Positions 52,956-61,691 of a stretch of DNA of 64,000 bases are shown one piece after another (positions within the stretch are counted from its first letter, which is position 1; each line of letters begins with the position of its first letter). The position numbers and the translations under genes are program-made. The stretch lies in assembly GCA_050015835.1 (NCBI GenBank), contig JBEKAQ010000005.1, positions 12,013-76,012 on the forward strand. The letters run 5' to 3'. The notes under the pieces were generated by a model, which worked only from the letters and a program-made list of their open reading frames with translations, searched no databases and was not told where the DNA came from. The DNA is from Bryobacteraceae bacterium. GTDB taxonomy: Bacteria; Acidobacteriota; Terriglobia; Bryobacterales; Bryobacteraceae.

Positions 52956-54611
52956 ATGACATGTTCTGGTAGAATCGTTCATCTGTTAGGGGGAGCGGTA
53001 TTGTTTGCCGCCATGTCCTTTGGTCAGACCCTTAACTTCGGTGTGCCGACGGTACCCGGGGGTATCATCATTGATCGTTTTGAGGACACCACCGCTCTGG
53101 TCGGCGATCTGGTTTTGACCTCGCCCGGTGGGCTGCCAGCCATCGCCAATGCGACTGTCATGATCGCACTCAACGAGCCGGTAGCGAGTCAGGTGCTGAC
53201 CCTCGGAGGCGCTACTCTCTCCGATGCGCTGCTGAATCTTAACGATACGACTGTCCCGGGGTCCTCCGCGGTGTACGCCGGAGCCGTTAACGGCTCCACC
53301 ATCACATTTTCGAGCGTTGCCCTCCCAGCCAACGATAACTACACAATTACTTTCCAGAATATTCGCGTGAATGCGCACGCCGCGCCGAGCAGCAATGGCT
53401 TTGCCATCACGGAGGGTGTTGTCATAACCAGCGAGGGCTTTCTGAACTATGCTTCCCCGAGCGCGGTCCAGGTCGGCATTGTGGAACAGGGCTTCTCGGT
53501 CCCCGCTCTGACAGCCGGCACTAATGTCCTCCCTTATACCACCTGCGTCGGCAACCCCACTACGGCGATAGACGGTACCACGAACACGTATTCATTCCAG
53601 ATAACGGTCAAAGAACTGTTCAACGCGGCCTTTAAGACGAAGACTACCGGTGGTACCTGTGGTGGCATTTCACCCTGCCAGGTAACGGCTGCGGAACAAG
53701 GTTCGAATACCACCAGCACCACGGTCGTGCAGGGCACCAACGCCCTGATTGGTCAAGCCACCCACGGTACCCGCTTCCAGCTTTCTTTTGCGAACGTTCC
53801 CCAGAACGTCACCATTTATCTGCCGTTGACTCTGGCGAATGCGGGCAACACTCTGGTCCTCACCCTTACCGGCACGGCCACAGGCATTATCTCTCCCGTT
53901 GCCGCAGGCACCCCGGCGGGATGGCTCGGGGCTCCTTCGGCCCCGTACCGCGGCAGCTCCAATGGCACGGTCACTGCGTTTTATGAAGTCACCACGGCCG
54001 ATAACACCGTTTCAAACCTGTCGTTCAACGCATACGGTTATGTGACCGCGCCGCCTGGATTCACCACGGCTCCAACCGCGCCCATTATGGTCACCATCGT
54101 ACCGGCTCCCGTGGCCGGCGCCGGCGTTACGGACATTCCCGCTTTCGCCCCCTCGACCAACCCCGTACTCACGCTGAACATGTTCTCCATCTGCCAGACC
54201 GTGCTGCTGTTCCCGTATGTTTCGAACGAACTGGGTTTTGATACCGGCATAGCCATCGCCAACACGGGCGTTGACCCGTTTGGCACGCTCGGGGCGCAGG
54301 GTGGCTCGCCGGGCACGTGTACGCTCAGCTTTTACGGAACGGGTGCGCCCTATCCCAATGTCGCGGTACCGCCGCCGGCGCCGTTCCCCGCCCAATTGCA
54401 GCCGGGAACCGCGGCAGCCTTTTTATTGAGTCAGGTGGCTATCGGCTTCCAGGGCTATATCATCGCGCAGTGTAACTTCCTCTACGCACATGGCTTCGCC
54501 TACCTGTCGGATGAGCCGGGGCGCGTCTCCCTGCCCTACCTGGCAAGCGTGATTCCCCCTGATCGCGCCGCGGCGGAGGCCGCGAACAACTTCGAATCGC
54601 TGGGGAACTGA
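52956..54611 (+). CDS. secreted protein of unknown family, paralog B
   Basis: Signal peptide ...LFAAMSFGQ. Collinear with paralog A, and both C-termini end in ...ES.GN. Confidence 0.8.
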   Translation: MTCSGRIVHLLGGAVLFAAMSFGQTLNFGVPTVPGGIIIDRFEDTTALVGDLVLTSPGGLPAIANATVMIALNEPVASQVLTLGGATLSDALLNLNDTTVPGSSAVYAGAVNGSTITFSSVALPANDNYTITFQNIRVNAHAAPSSNGFAITEGVVITSEGFLNYASPSAVQVGIVEQGFSVPALTAGTNVLPYTTCVGNPTTAIDGTTNTYSFQITVKELFNAAFKTKTTGGTCGGISPCQVTAAEQGSNTTSTTVVQGTNALIGQATHGTRFQLSFANVPQNVTIYLPLTLANAGNTLVLTLTGTATGIISPVAAGTPAGWLGAPSAPYRGSSNGTVTAFYEVTTADNTVSNLSFNAYGYVTAPPGFTTAPTAPIMVTIVPAPVAGAGVTDIPAFAPSTNPVLTLNMFSICQTVLLFPYVSNELGFDTGIAIANTGVDPFGTLGAQGGSPGTCTLSFYGTGAPYPNVAVPPPAPFPAQLQPGTAAAFLLSQVAIGFQGYIIAQCNFLYAHGFAYLSDEPGRVSLPYLASVIPPDRAAAEAANNFESLGN

Positions 54612-54619
54612 CGCGCAGG

Positions 54620-55408
54620 CTATTGCGTGCGCACCTGAACGTCGAATTGAATGTTCAGCGGCGCGGCAAAGAGATGAACGGTCGAGGCGATCGCCGCTCC
54701 CGGCCTGGCCTCCATCTTCACTTCCGTCGTTTTTCCGCCCTCCACGTGAGTGGCGCCGATCGAGACGGTCAGACCCGGAATATTTCTCGACAGGTCGTCC
54801 ATCGTTATATCGATCGGGCCAGGCAACTCGTTGCTGATCGTCACCGTTTGAACCGGCGCATTGGGTGTAAGAACTACCGCTGTGCGGTCGATTTTCACTT
54901 TGGTGCGCAGTGACGCCACGCTCGGCTGAGCTGCCTGCATCGACGCCAGGTCGGGGGACGTACCCGAAGTTCCCGGATGCATGGTTCCAAACGGGGTTTC
55001 GCTGAGACTCACCGGGTCCATGTAAAACATCCACTCCCCGTTCTCCAGCTTCCACGTGCTCTTCACGGGTATTTCGAACTCCTGCAGGCCCGCGCCGATC
55101 ATCATGATTCGTGCTTTCGCCCGGACCACCACTTTCGCCTTCTGGCCCCCATCGGTAAATTCGATACTCGCGATATGGAACTCGCTGAGGTCCGGCTTTT
55201 TGGCAACGTAGTAACTGTCCTTGGAATCCTCCGCGACCAGTTCCTCCGCCTGCCGGTAAGCCTTCGTCGACGTGCGGCCCTCTACTAACAACGAGTAGAA
55301 CTTGCCGATCCGCTCGCGAAGCCGGCTCTCGGCCTCCGCGGAGACCGGACTTGTCGTCTGCGCCCATGCCGTCACCGCCAAAGATGCGAATAAGAGCCAT
55401 CGAACCAT
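54620..55408 (-). CDS. secreted hypothetical protein
   Basis: Signal peptide MVRWLLFASLAVTAWAQ. No family recognised. Confidence 0.55.
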   Translation of the reverse strand: MVRWLLFASLAVTAWAQTTSPVSAEAESRLRERIGKFYSLLVEGRTSTKAYRQAEELVAEDSKDSYYVAKKPDLSEFHIASIEFTDGGQKAKVVVRAKARIMMIGAGLQEFEIPVKSTWKLENGEWMFYMDPVSLSETPFGTMHPGTSGTSPDLASMQAAQPSVASLRTKVKIDRTAVVLTPNAPVQTVTISNELPGPIDITMDDLSRNIPGLTVSIGATHVEGGKTTEVKMEARPGAAIASTVHLFAAPLNIQFDVQVRTQ

Positions 55409-55713
55409 GTACTCATGATAATGCAGGAAGCCGTGTCGCACTCCTGTAACAGGAGGCTTTCACGGGTAGGCAGTCTTGCCGGATCGCGGAAGACTCCTGA
55501 GATTATTCAGCGGCATCGGCTGCGTCAAGAGCCGGAAAGGCGAAGAGGACGCAGCCGAAGAAATCTCCAAGTTTCGGCTCCACGCCCGATCTGGTGCGCT
55601 TTCGCCGGGAACCGCGCGGTGACGAGCATTTCGTGCTGCCGGGACGCCTCTCCGCAGCGCCGCATCCGGCCTGCGGCCGCCGAGCCCGACCAGCGCCCGT
55701 TATACTCGTTGCG

Positions 55714-56688
55714 ATGGCGGCACTGGTCGATCCCGTTACGCGAGGCCCCGAGATCGTCGATCTCCGCAGGCTGGGGGCGCGCGAACTCGATCCTCTGCTG
55801 CTCGAGGAAACAGCCGAGTGGGAGCAGGAACTCGACTGGGACTTCACGAAATCGGCCGATCTCGTCCGCCATTATGCCGATCAGCGCGCTCTCGCCGGCG
55901 CCGCCCTGATGGATCGCGGCGAAGTTGCCGGCTACGGCTACGCGGTTCTCGAAGAGCATAAGGGGCTGATCGGCGACGTCTATGTGCGGCCCGGCTGGCG
56001 CGAGCGCGATGCCGAAATCCGTCTCTTCAGAACCCTGCTCGACAGCCTGATCGCGACCCCGCAGGTGCGCCGCATCGAGAGCCAGTTGATGCTGGTCGAG
56101 GGGCCTGCCGCCAAAGCCCTGCAACGCGAACGCTTCGTCCGCCTGTTTGAAAGGTTGCTCATGAGAATCGACGCTTCCACCGCGTTGCCACCCGCTCGAA
56201 ATCCCGCGGTGAACCGCTTCCGCATCGAACCCTGGCAGGATCATCATCACGACGCGGCCGCCAGCGTCATATCCCTGGCCTACGACTCCCATATCGACTC
56301 CCAGATCAACGACCAGTACAGAACTTTTGCCGGCGCCCACCGTTTTCTTGGGAACATCGTTCAGTTTCCCGGCTGCGGCACGTTTTACCGGCCCGCTTCC
56401 CTGGTCGCATTCGACCGGGCGACGGGCTGGATGGCCGGTATCGTTCTCTCCAGCTTTGTCTCCGACGAAGCCGCTCACGTCACCCAACTCTGCGTGACCC
56501 CCCTCGGCAAAAGGAAAGGACTGGGATACGAGTTGCTCCGTCAATCGGCGGGGGCGCTGCACGCGGCCGGAGCCAGACGCATCAGCCTCACCGCGACCAC
56601 CGCCAATAAAGAAGCCGTCGACCTGTATCTGCGTTGCGGCTTCACTGAGGTGCGCCGCTTCTTCGCTTACGTTTGGGAAGGCTACTGA
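55714..56688 (+). CDS. GNAT-family N-acetyltransferase (two GNAT-like halves)
   Basis: The C-terminal half has an acetyl-CoA-binding pattern (LCVTPLGKRKGLGYELL...ANKEAVDLYLRCGF). The start is taken at MAALVDP. Confidence 0.7.
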   Translation: MAALVDPVTRGPEIVDLRRLGARELDPLLLEETAEWEQELDWDFTKSADLVRHYADQRALAGAALMDRGEVAGYGYAVLEEHKGLIGDVYVRPGWRERDAEIRLFRTLLDSLIATPQVRRIESQLMLVEGPAAKALQRERFVRLFERLLMRIDASTALPPARNPAVNRFRIEPWQDHHHDAAASVISLAYDSHIDSQINDQYRTFAGAHRFLGNIVQFPGCGTFYRPASLVAFDRATGWMAGIVLSSFVSDEAAHVTQLCVTPLGKRKGLGYELLRQSAGALHAAGARRISLTATTANKEAVDLYLRCGFTEVRRFFAYVWEGY

Positions 56689-56691
56689 AAA

Positions 56692-57663
56692 TCAAACGTA
56701 GAAGTTGCGATCCCAGTCGTGGCGGCGCAGAATTTCGAGGACTCCCGGCGGCAGCGGTCCCTGCCCCGAAGCCATCGCGTTCGAGTCCACGCTCGAAACC
56801 GATCGCATGCCCGGGATCACCGTCGAAACCGCCGAATGCGAAAGGCAAAAGCGCATGGCAATTTGCGGCAGGCGACTCACGTCCTCCACGCCGAGGTCCT
56901 TCACAATCGCCCGCACACGGTTCGCCACCTGCTTCTTCCGGTCATCGCGGAAATAGTGGTTCCGGAAATCGCCTGCCGGAAACGTGGTGGTCTCGTCGAT
57001 GCGGCCAGTGAGCGATCCTTCGTCGAACGGCACGCGCGCCAGCACCCCGATGTTGTGGCGCAGGCAGGCCGGAAAGAGAGTGCGCTCGGGAGATTGATCG
57101 AAGATGTTGTAGATCGCCTGCACCGTGTCGATCAGGCCAGTCTCGATGATGCCGATAGCGCTGTCGGGCTGGTGATCGTTAATGGAGATTCCCACGTACC
57201 GCACTTTCCCCGACGATTTGAGCTCCTCGAATGCCCGGCGCCATTCGTCGCGCTCCAGCCAATCCGGATTCCAAACGTGCAGCTGCTGAAGGTCGATGAC
57301 GTCGACACCAAGGTTTTTCAGGCTCTGTTCCGTCGAGCTCAGAATGTAATCGTAGGGAAAGACCTCGCCGATTCCAATCCCCGGCCGCGCCGGCCACAAG
57401 CGATTCTTTGGCGGCACCTTGGTGGCGACAAAAACCCTCTGGCCAGCGTCCGCGACAGCCCGTCCCACCAACTGCTCGCTCTTACCCTCGCCATACGCGA
57501 GCGCCGTATCGATGAAGTTGACCCCCGCTGCAATCGCCCGATGCAACGCTGCGAGCGATTCTTTATCGGTTGCGCCGATCCATTGCTTGCCGCTGATGCC
57601 CCACGCCCCGTATCCGATCTCGCTCACTTCCAAACCCGTTCTGCCCAACCTGCGATGTTTCAT
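56692..57663 (-). CDS. aldo/keto reductase
   Basis: MKHRRLGRTGLEVSEIGYGAWG..., DTALAYGEG, and a C-terminal IPGMRS block. A GGAGGG Shine-Dalgarno precedes ATG 57663. Confidence 0.88.
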   Translation of the reverse strand: MKHRRLGRTGLEVSEIGYGAWGISGKQWIGATDKESLAALHRAIAAGVNFIDTALAYGEGKSEQLVGRAVADAGQRVFVATKVPPKNRLWPARPGIGIGEVFPYDYILSSTEQSLKNLGVDVIDLQQLHVWNPDWLERDEWRRAFEELKSSGKVRYVGISINDHQPDSAIGIIETGLIDTVQAIYNIFDQSPERTLFPACLRHNIGVLARVPFDEGSLTGRIDETTTFPAGDFRNHYFRDDRKKQVANRVRAIVKDLGVEDVSRLPQIAMRFCLSHSAVSTVIPGMRSVSSVDSNAMASGQGPLPPGVLEILRRHDWDRNFYV

Positions 57664-57732
57664 TTCGCCCTCCATTATAGGGATATTGGGAACAGGCCAC
57701 ACTGCGGAGGCGTAAACTTGAATACAGGTACC

Positions 57733-58500
57733 ATGCGCAAGGCAGTTTTCCTCCTTCTGGCATTCGCCGTCTCTCTCGCCGCCGCCAATTTCAAGCTCTA
57801 CATGAAGGATGGCGGGTTCCAGCTGGTCCGCGAATACCAAATAGAAGGGGATCGCGTGAAGTATTACAGCGTGGAACGCAGCGACTGGGAGGAGATGCCC
57901 GCCGCGCTGGTGGATCTGAAACGCACCGATGCGGAAGCCGGGGCAAAGAAGGAGGATCTGGACCGGCACGCCAAAATGATTTCCGAAGAAGATGAGGCGG
58001 CTGCGGATCAGCGCAGGGAGATCAGGAAAATTCCCCAGGATCCCGGCGTCTACACGCTGGAGAACGATACCCTGCGGATTTTCAAACTGGCCGACGCGAG
58101 CGTGCACGATAACAAGAAACGCACCGTGCTGCAGCACCTTACCCTGGTCCCGATGGTGGCGGGAAAATCGACTCTCGAAACAGCCAACGAGCACTCGGAC
58201 ACCATCGTCAACGCAGAGCGCCCGGAATTTTACATCCAGCTCTCGCTGACGGACAGCTTTGCCATCGTGAAACTGACTCCGTTGAAGGGCTACAGAATTG
58301 TGGAGCGCATCACCGTGGAGCCGATGGTGAACATCTATACGGAAGAGCGCGATGTGGTCCCCACCTTCACCAAACAACTCACCGAGAGCGGTCTCTACAA
58401 GATCTGGCCGCAGGATCCGCTGCCGAAAGGCGAGTACGCCGTGATCGAATACAACGAGGGCAAAATCGACGCGCGCATCTGGGATTTTCGCGTTCAGTAA
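57733..58500 (+). CDS. secreted hypothetical protein
   Basis: Signal peptide MRKAVFLLLAFAVSLAAA. No family recognised. Confidence 0.55.
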   Translation: MRKAVFLLLAFAVSLAAANFKLYMKDGGFQLVREYQIEGDRVKYYSVERSDWEEMPAALVDLKRTDAEAGAKKEDLDRHAKMISEEDEAAADQRREIRKIPQDPGVYTLENDTLRIFKLADASVHDNKKRTVLQHLTLVPMVAGKSTLETANEHSDTIVNAERPEFYIQLSLTDSFAIVKLTPLKGYRIVERITVEPMVNIYTEERDVVPTFTKQLTESGLYKIWPQDPLPKGEYAVIEYNEGKIDARIWDFRVQ

Positions 58501-58512
58501 ACTCGTATCTGC

Positions 58513-59673
58513 ATGCATCACGATCCTCGCCGGCCGGTGCGGGTGCGCCGCGTCGACCAGTGCCAGACCGTCCACGAAATTTTCGAGCATTGCCTGCCGG
58601 CTTTCGGGGGCGCGATCCTGCGGAGGGTCTACAACATACTCGACCGCGCCATCGGCCAGGGCTGCCCGATTACGCTTTCGATCTCCGGGCCGATCACGGT
58701 TTCCGGCCAGCACCAGGCCTGGCTGATTCCGCTGCTCGAGACCGGTTGGGTGGCCTACATCAGCACCACCGACGCCGTTTGCTATCACGATGGGCACCGC
58801 AGCCTGAACGCTCATACGAAAGATGCCATCTATGAGGTGCCGATCTTCGGCGACGACAAAGCGCTGCGCGAAGAGGGCGTGATCCGCGTCACGGATATGG
58901 GGTTCGCCGAAGAGGTCCTGCTGGATCAGGACAGGTTTCTGACCGCCGTCCTGCAGCGCCCCGAGTTCCAGCGAAAAATGACCGGTACGGAACTGCGCTA
59001 CCGCCTGGGCCAGTTCTACGACGAGCAGGAGCGCCGCAACGGCGTGCCCCCGGGTTTGCTTTCCACGTGCCAGAAGCTGGGTGTGCCGATCTTCGTGGGC
59101 GCGCCGTCGGACGGCAGCGTTTTCCTGAATTCCATGAAGCTGTGGGCCATGAAACAGGCGGGCCTGATTGCGGACTACGCCTTCGATCTGGATCTGCACG
59201 CCGAAGTATTCGAAGCCTGCGCTTACCACCATTGGGGATTATTCGGGAGCAGCGCGAAGGCGATCGCGACTTTGATCCTGGGCGGCGGTGTGCCCAAGAA
59301 TTTCAATCTGCAACCGGAGCCGGCGCTGGGGCAGGTGCTGGGGCTGCCGAATGTGCGCGGCTATGAGTTCGACGTACAGATCACCACGGCGCCGGTGACG
59401 GATGGATCGCTCTCGTCATGCCCGCCCGCGGAGGCCGTGACGTGGGGCAAGGTGGATAAAGAAACCTATCGGCAATCGACGGAAAGCCTGCCTGCCGATT
59501 ACTCCATCGTGATGCCGTTCATCGTGAAGGCGCTGATGGAGAAGCATGCCGCGCGCGAGCCTTACCGGCTGTTTGAACGGCGCGACGAGCTGGTCGAAAC
59601 CCTGCGCGCCGCGGTGCGCGAGAACGGCGACTGGCTGATGGAATCGCTCAATTACCCGGTTGCCCGGGCGTGA
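58513..59673 (+). CDS. deoxyhypusine synthase-like family protein
   Basis: DHS-like blocks: ITLSISGPITVSG, ISTTDAVCYHD, GGGVPKNF and TWGKV. Confidence 0.7.
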   Translation: MHHDPRRPVRVRRVDQCQTVHEIFEHCLPAFGGAILRRVYNILDRAIGQGCPITLSISGPITVSGQHQAWLIPLLETGWVAYISTTDAVCYHDGHRSLNAHTKDAIYEVPIFGDDKALREEGVIRVTDMGFAEEVLLDQDRFLTAVLQRPEFQRKMTGTELRYRLGQFYDEQERRNGVPPGLLSTCQKLGVPIFVGAPSDGSVFLNSMKLWAMKQAGLIADYAFDLDLHAEVFEACAYHHWGLFGSSAKAIATLILGGGVPKNFNLQPEPALGQVLGLPNVRGYEFDVQITTAPVTDGSLSSCPPAEAVTWGKVDKETYRQSTESLPADYSIVMPFIVKALMEKHAAREPYRLFERRDELVETLRAAVRENGDWLMESLNYPVARA

Positions 59674-59684
59674 ACCGATTCCTT

Positions 59685-59710
59685 CAGAGCCGCGACCGTA
59701 AGGGAGTCGG
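59685..59710. repeat. solo half-copy of the REP-like element
   Basis: CAGAGCCGCGACCGTAAGGGAGTCGG resembles the 1300-1324 arm. It is embedded in a weak hairpin (ACCGATTCC at 59674-59682 pairing with GGAGTCGGT at 59703-59711) between two convergent genes. Confidence 0.5.
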
Positions 59711-59713
59711 TCT

Positions 59714-60745
59714 TCAATTCAGGAAGTACGTGCGATACAGCGTATCCCGCTGCTTCGGCACGAAGCCCGCATCGCGAATCATGCGCCGCAATTCTTCCTC
59801 GGTCGCCTGGTGGTGCGTGCCGGCCGCCGAAACCACGTTTTCCTCGATCATGATGCTGCCGACATCGTTCCCGCCGAAGCGCAGGCCGATCTGGCACGTC
59901 TTTAATCCCGGCGTAACCCAGGAACTCTGAATGTTGACGATGTTCTCCAGATAGATGCGCGAAATCGCCAAAGTCTTCAGGTACTCCACCGCCGTAGCTT
60001 CTTCCTTGATGAAGCGGCCAAGCGAGGTGAGTTCGCGCTGAAACGACCACGGGATGAAGGCCGTGAAGCCGCCCGTGTCTTCCTGGATCTGCCGCACGAT
60101 ATCGAAATGATTCATGCGCTGCTCGATGGTCTCGCCGCAGCCGAACATCATCGTCGCGGTGGTGCGCATGCCGAGTGAATGCGCGGTACGATGCACGTCG
60201 ATCCATTCGTCGGTGCCGCACTTCAGGCGGCTGATGCGATGGCGTACGGCGTCATCCAGAATCTCCGCGCCTCCGCCGGGGATGGAATCGAGGCCGGCAT
60301 CGCGCAATCGCGCAATCGTGTCCCGCAGCGAGAGCCCGCTCACCTCCGCGATATTCGTAATCTCGGGCGCCGAAAAACAATGGCACCAGATATTAAACTT
60401 CGCTTTGATGGCGCGCAGCAGATCTTCATACCACTCGATCTTCAGATCGGGATGCAGGCCGCCCTGGAACAAAATGCCCGTCCCACCCAGATCAATGGTT
60501 TCCCGAATCTTGTCGAAGATTACTTCGCGCGGCAGGACGTAGCCTTCCTTATGTCCCATCGGCCGATAGAACGCGCAGAAGCTGCAGTACTCGGTGCAGA
60601 AGTTCGTGTAGTTGATGTTGCGGTCGATGATGTAAGAGACGATGCCGTCGGGATGGTGCCTGCGGCGTATCGCATCCGCCTCCATTCCGATGCCGATCAG
60701 ATCGTCGGACTGGAACATATCGATGGCTTCAGCGCGGGAGATCAT
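59714..60745 (-). CDS. mqnC: MqnC/MqnE-family radical-SAM enzyme of the futalosine menaquinone pathway (probably cyclic dehypoxanthinyl futalosine synthase)
   Basis: Blocks DRNINYTNFCTEYCSFCAFYRP, GGLHPDL and TATMMFG. Length 343 aa. Confidence 0.7.
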   Translation of the reverse strand: MISRAEAIDMFQSDDLIGIGMEADAIRRRHHPDGIVSYIIDRNINYTNFCTEYCSFCAFYRPMGHKEGYVLPREVIFDKIRETIDLGGTGILFQGGLHPDLKIEWYEDLLRAIKAKFNIWCHCFSAPEITNIAEVSGLSLRDTIARLRDAGLDSIPGGGAEILDDAVRHRISRLKCGTDEWIDVHRTAHSLGMRTTATMMFGCGETIEQRMNHFDIVRQIQEDTGGFTAFIPWSFQRELTSLGRFIKEEATAVEYLKTLAISRIYLENIVNIQSSWVTPGLKTCQIGLRFGGNDVGSIMIEENVVSAAGTHHQATEEELRRMIRDAGFVPKQRDTLYRTYFLN

Positions 60746-60788
60746 AAGGAAACTTCTATTTTACGTCGCAGCTCCATTTTACGAAGCT

Positions 60789-61655
60789 TCAGAGCGCCGT
60801 CGCTTCCACCAGCCGGCGCAGATTGCGTCCGCAGATTTTGCTTCCTTCCAGCTTGTCGCCGTGCGGCCCCGCCCAGTGGGTCTCGAGATGAATGAGGCCC
60901 CTGTATCCATCCTCGGCCAGCGCGTCCATCTGCCCTTCCCAATCGATGTCGCCTTTGCCCAGCTCGCACCAGAGGGGCTGATGCCCGCGCATCGTGCAGT
61001 CCTTGACATGAACGTGCCCGATGCGCGTTACGTCGAGCAGCCTGTAGCCGGTGGGAAACGGCTTCTCTCCCGACGCATAGGCATTCGCGGGATCCCACAC
61101 CACCTGCAGATTCTCGTGATCGACGGCGGCCAGCACGCGCGCCGTATCGTGCGCGGTCGAGATATTACAGGCGTGTTCGTTTTCGAGCCCGACGATTAAT
61201 CCGTGCTTGCCCGCTTTGTCCGAAAGATCCTGCAACGCATCCACCACGCGCTCGAAGACCAGTTCCGGTTTGATCACCCGCCAATAGGAAAACACGCGCA
61301 CAATCTTCGCGCCGGCGATCTTCGCGATCTCGAAAGCGCGTTCGGCCAGTCGCGGCTGATCTTCGTAAGTGTGTTTCGAATTGAAGATGTCCTGCTGAAA
61401 GCGCGCATCGATTTCAGGCGCATCGGGCAGCGAGCATTTCAGAAGCGGCGAAGCAATGGAGATCACTTCGAGACCATTGCGGCGCAACACATCGACCGCG
61501 CGACCGAGTTCCGCATCGGTCAGGTCCATGACGTTCTTGTCCCCGACCACGCGCAATTCCGCGCCCTTCATGCCGAGTTCGCGCATGGCTCCGGCGGCAA
61601 TCGTGATATCGGACGAAAACTCGTCAGTGACCGCGCCGATGTGAAATCGCTGCAT
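60789..61655 (-). CDS. sugar phosphate isomerase/epimerase (xylose-isomerase-like TIM barrel) family protein
   Basis: LGMKGAELR, LENEH and HVHVKD metal-site-like blocks. Confidence 0.7.
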   Translation of the reverse strand: MQRFHIGAVTDEFSSDITIAAGAMRELGMKGAELRVVGDKNVMDLTDAELGRAVDVLRRNGLEVISIASPLLKCSLPDAPEIDARFQQDIFNSKHTYEDQPRLAERAFEIAKIAGAKIVRVFSYWRVIKPELVFERVVDALQDLSDKAGKHGLIVGLENEHACNISTAHDTARVLAAVDHENLQVVWDPANAYASGEKPFPTGYRLLDVTRIGHVHVKDCTMRGHQPLWCELGKGDIDWEGQMDALAEDGYRGLIHLETHWAGPHGDKLEGSKICGRNLRRLVEATAL

Positions 61656-61691
61656 TCAAACGGATTTTAGCAGTTTCAATCCGGCTGGCCG

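Noticed and set aside
57664-59232. The upstream two-thirds of the 846-aa minus-strand ORF 56692-59232.
   Set aside because: Only the 3' third (56692-57663) is an aldo/keto reductase, with its own Shine-Dalgarno and ATG. The extension is antisense to two well-supported plus-strand genes and has shadow-ORF composition.
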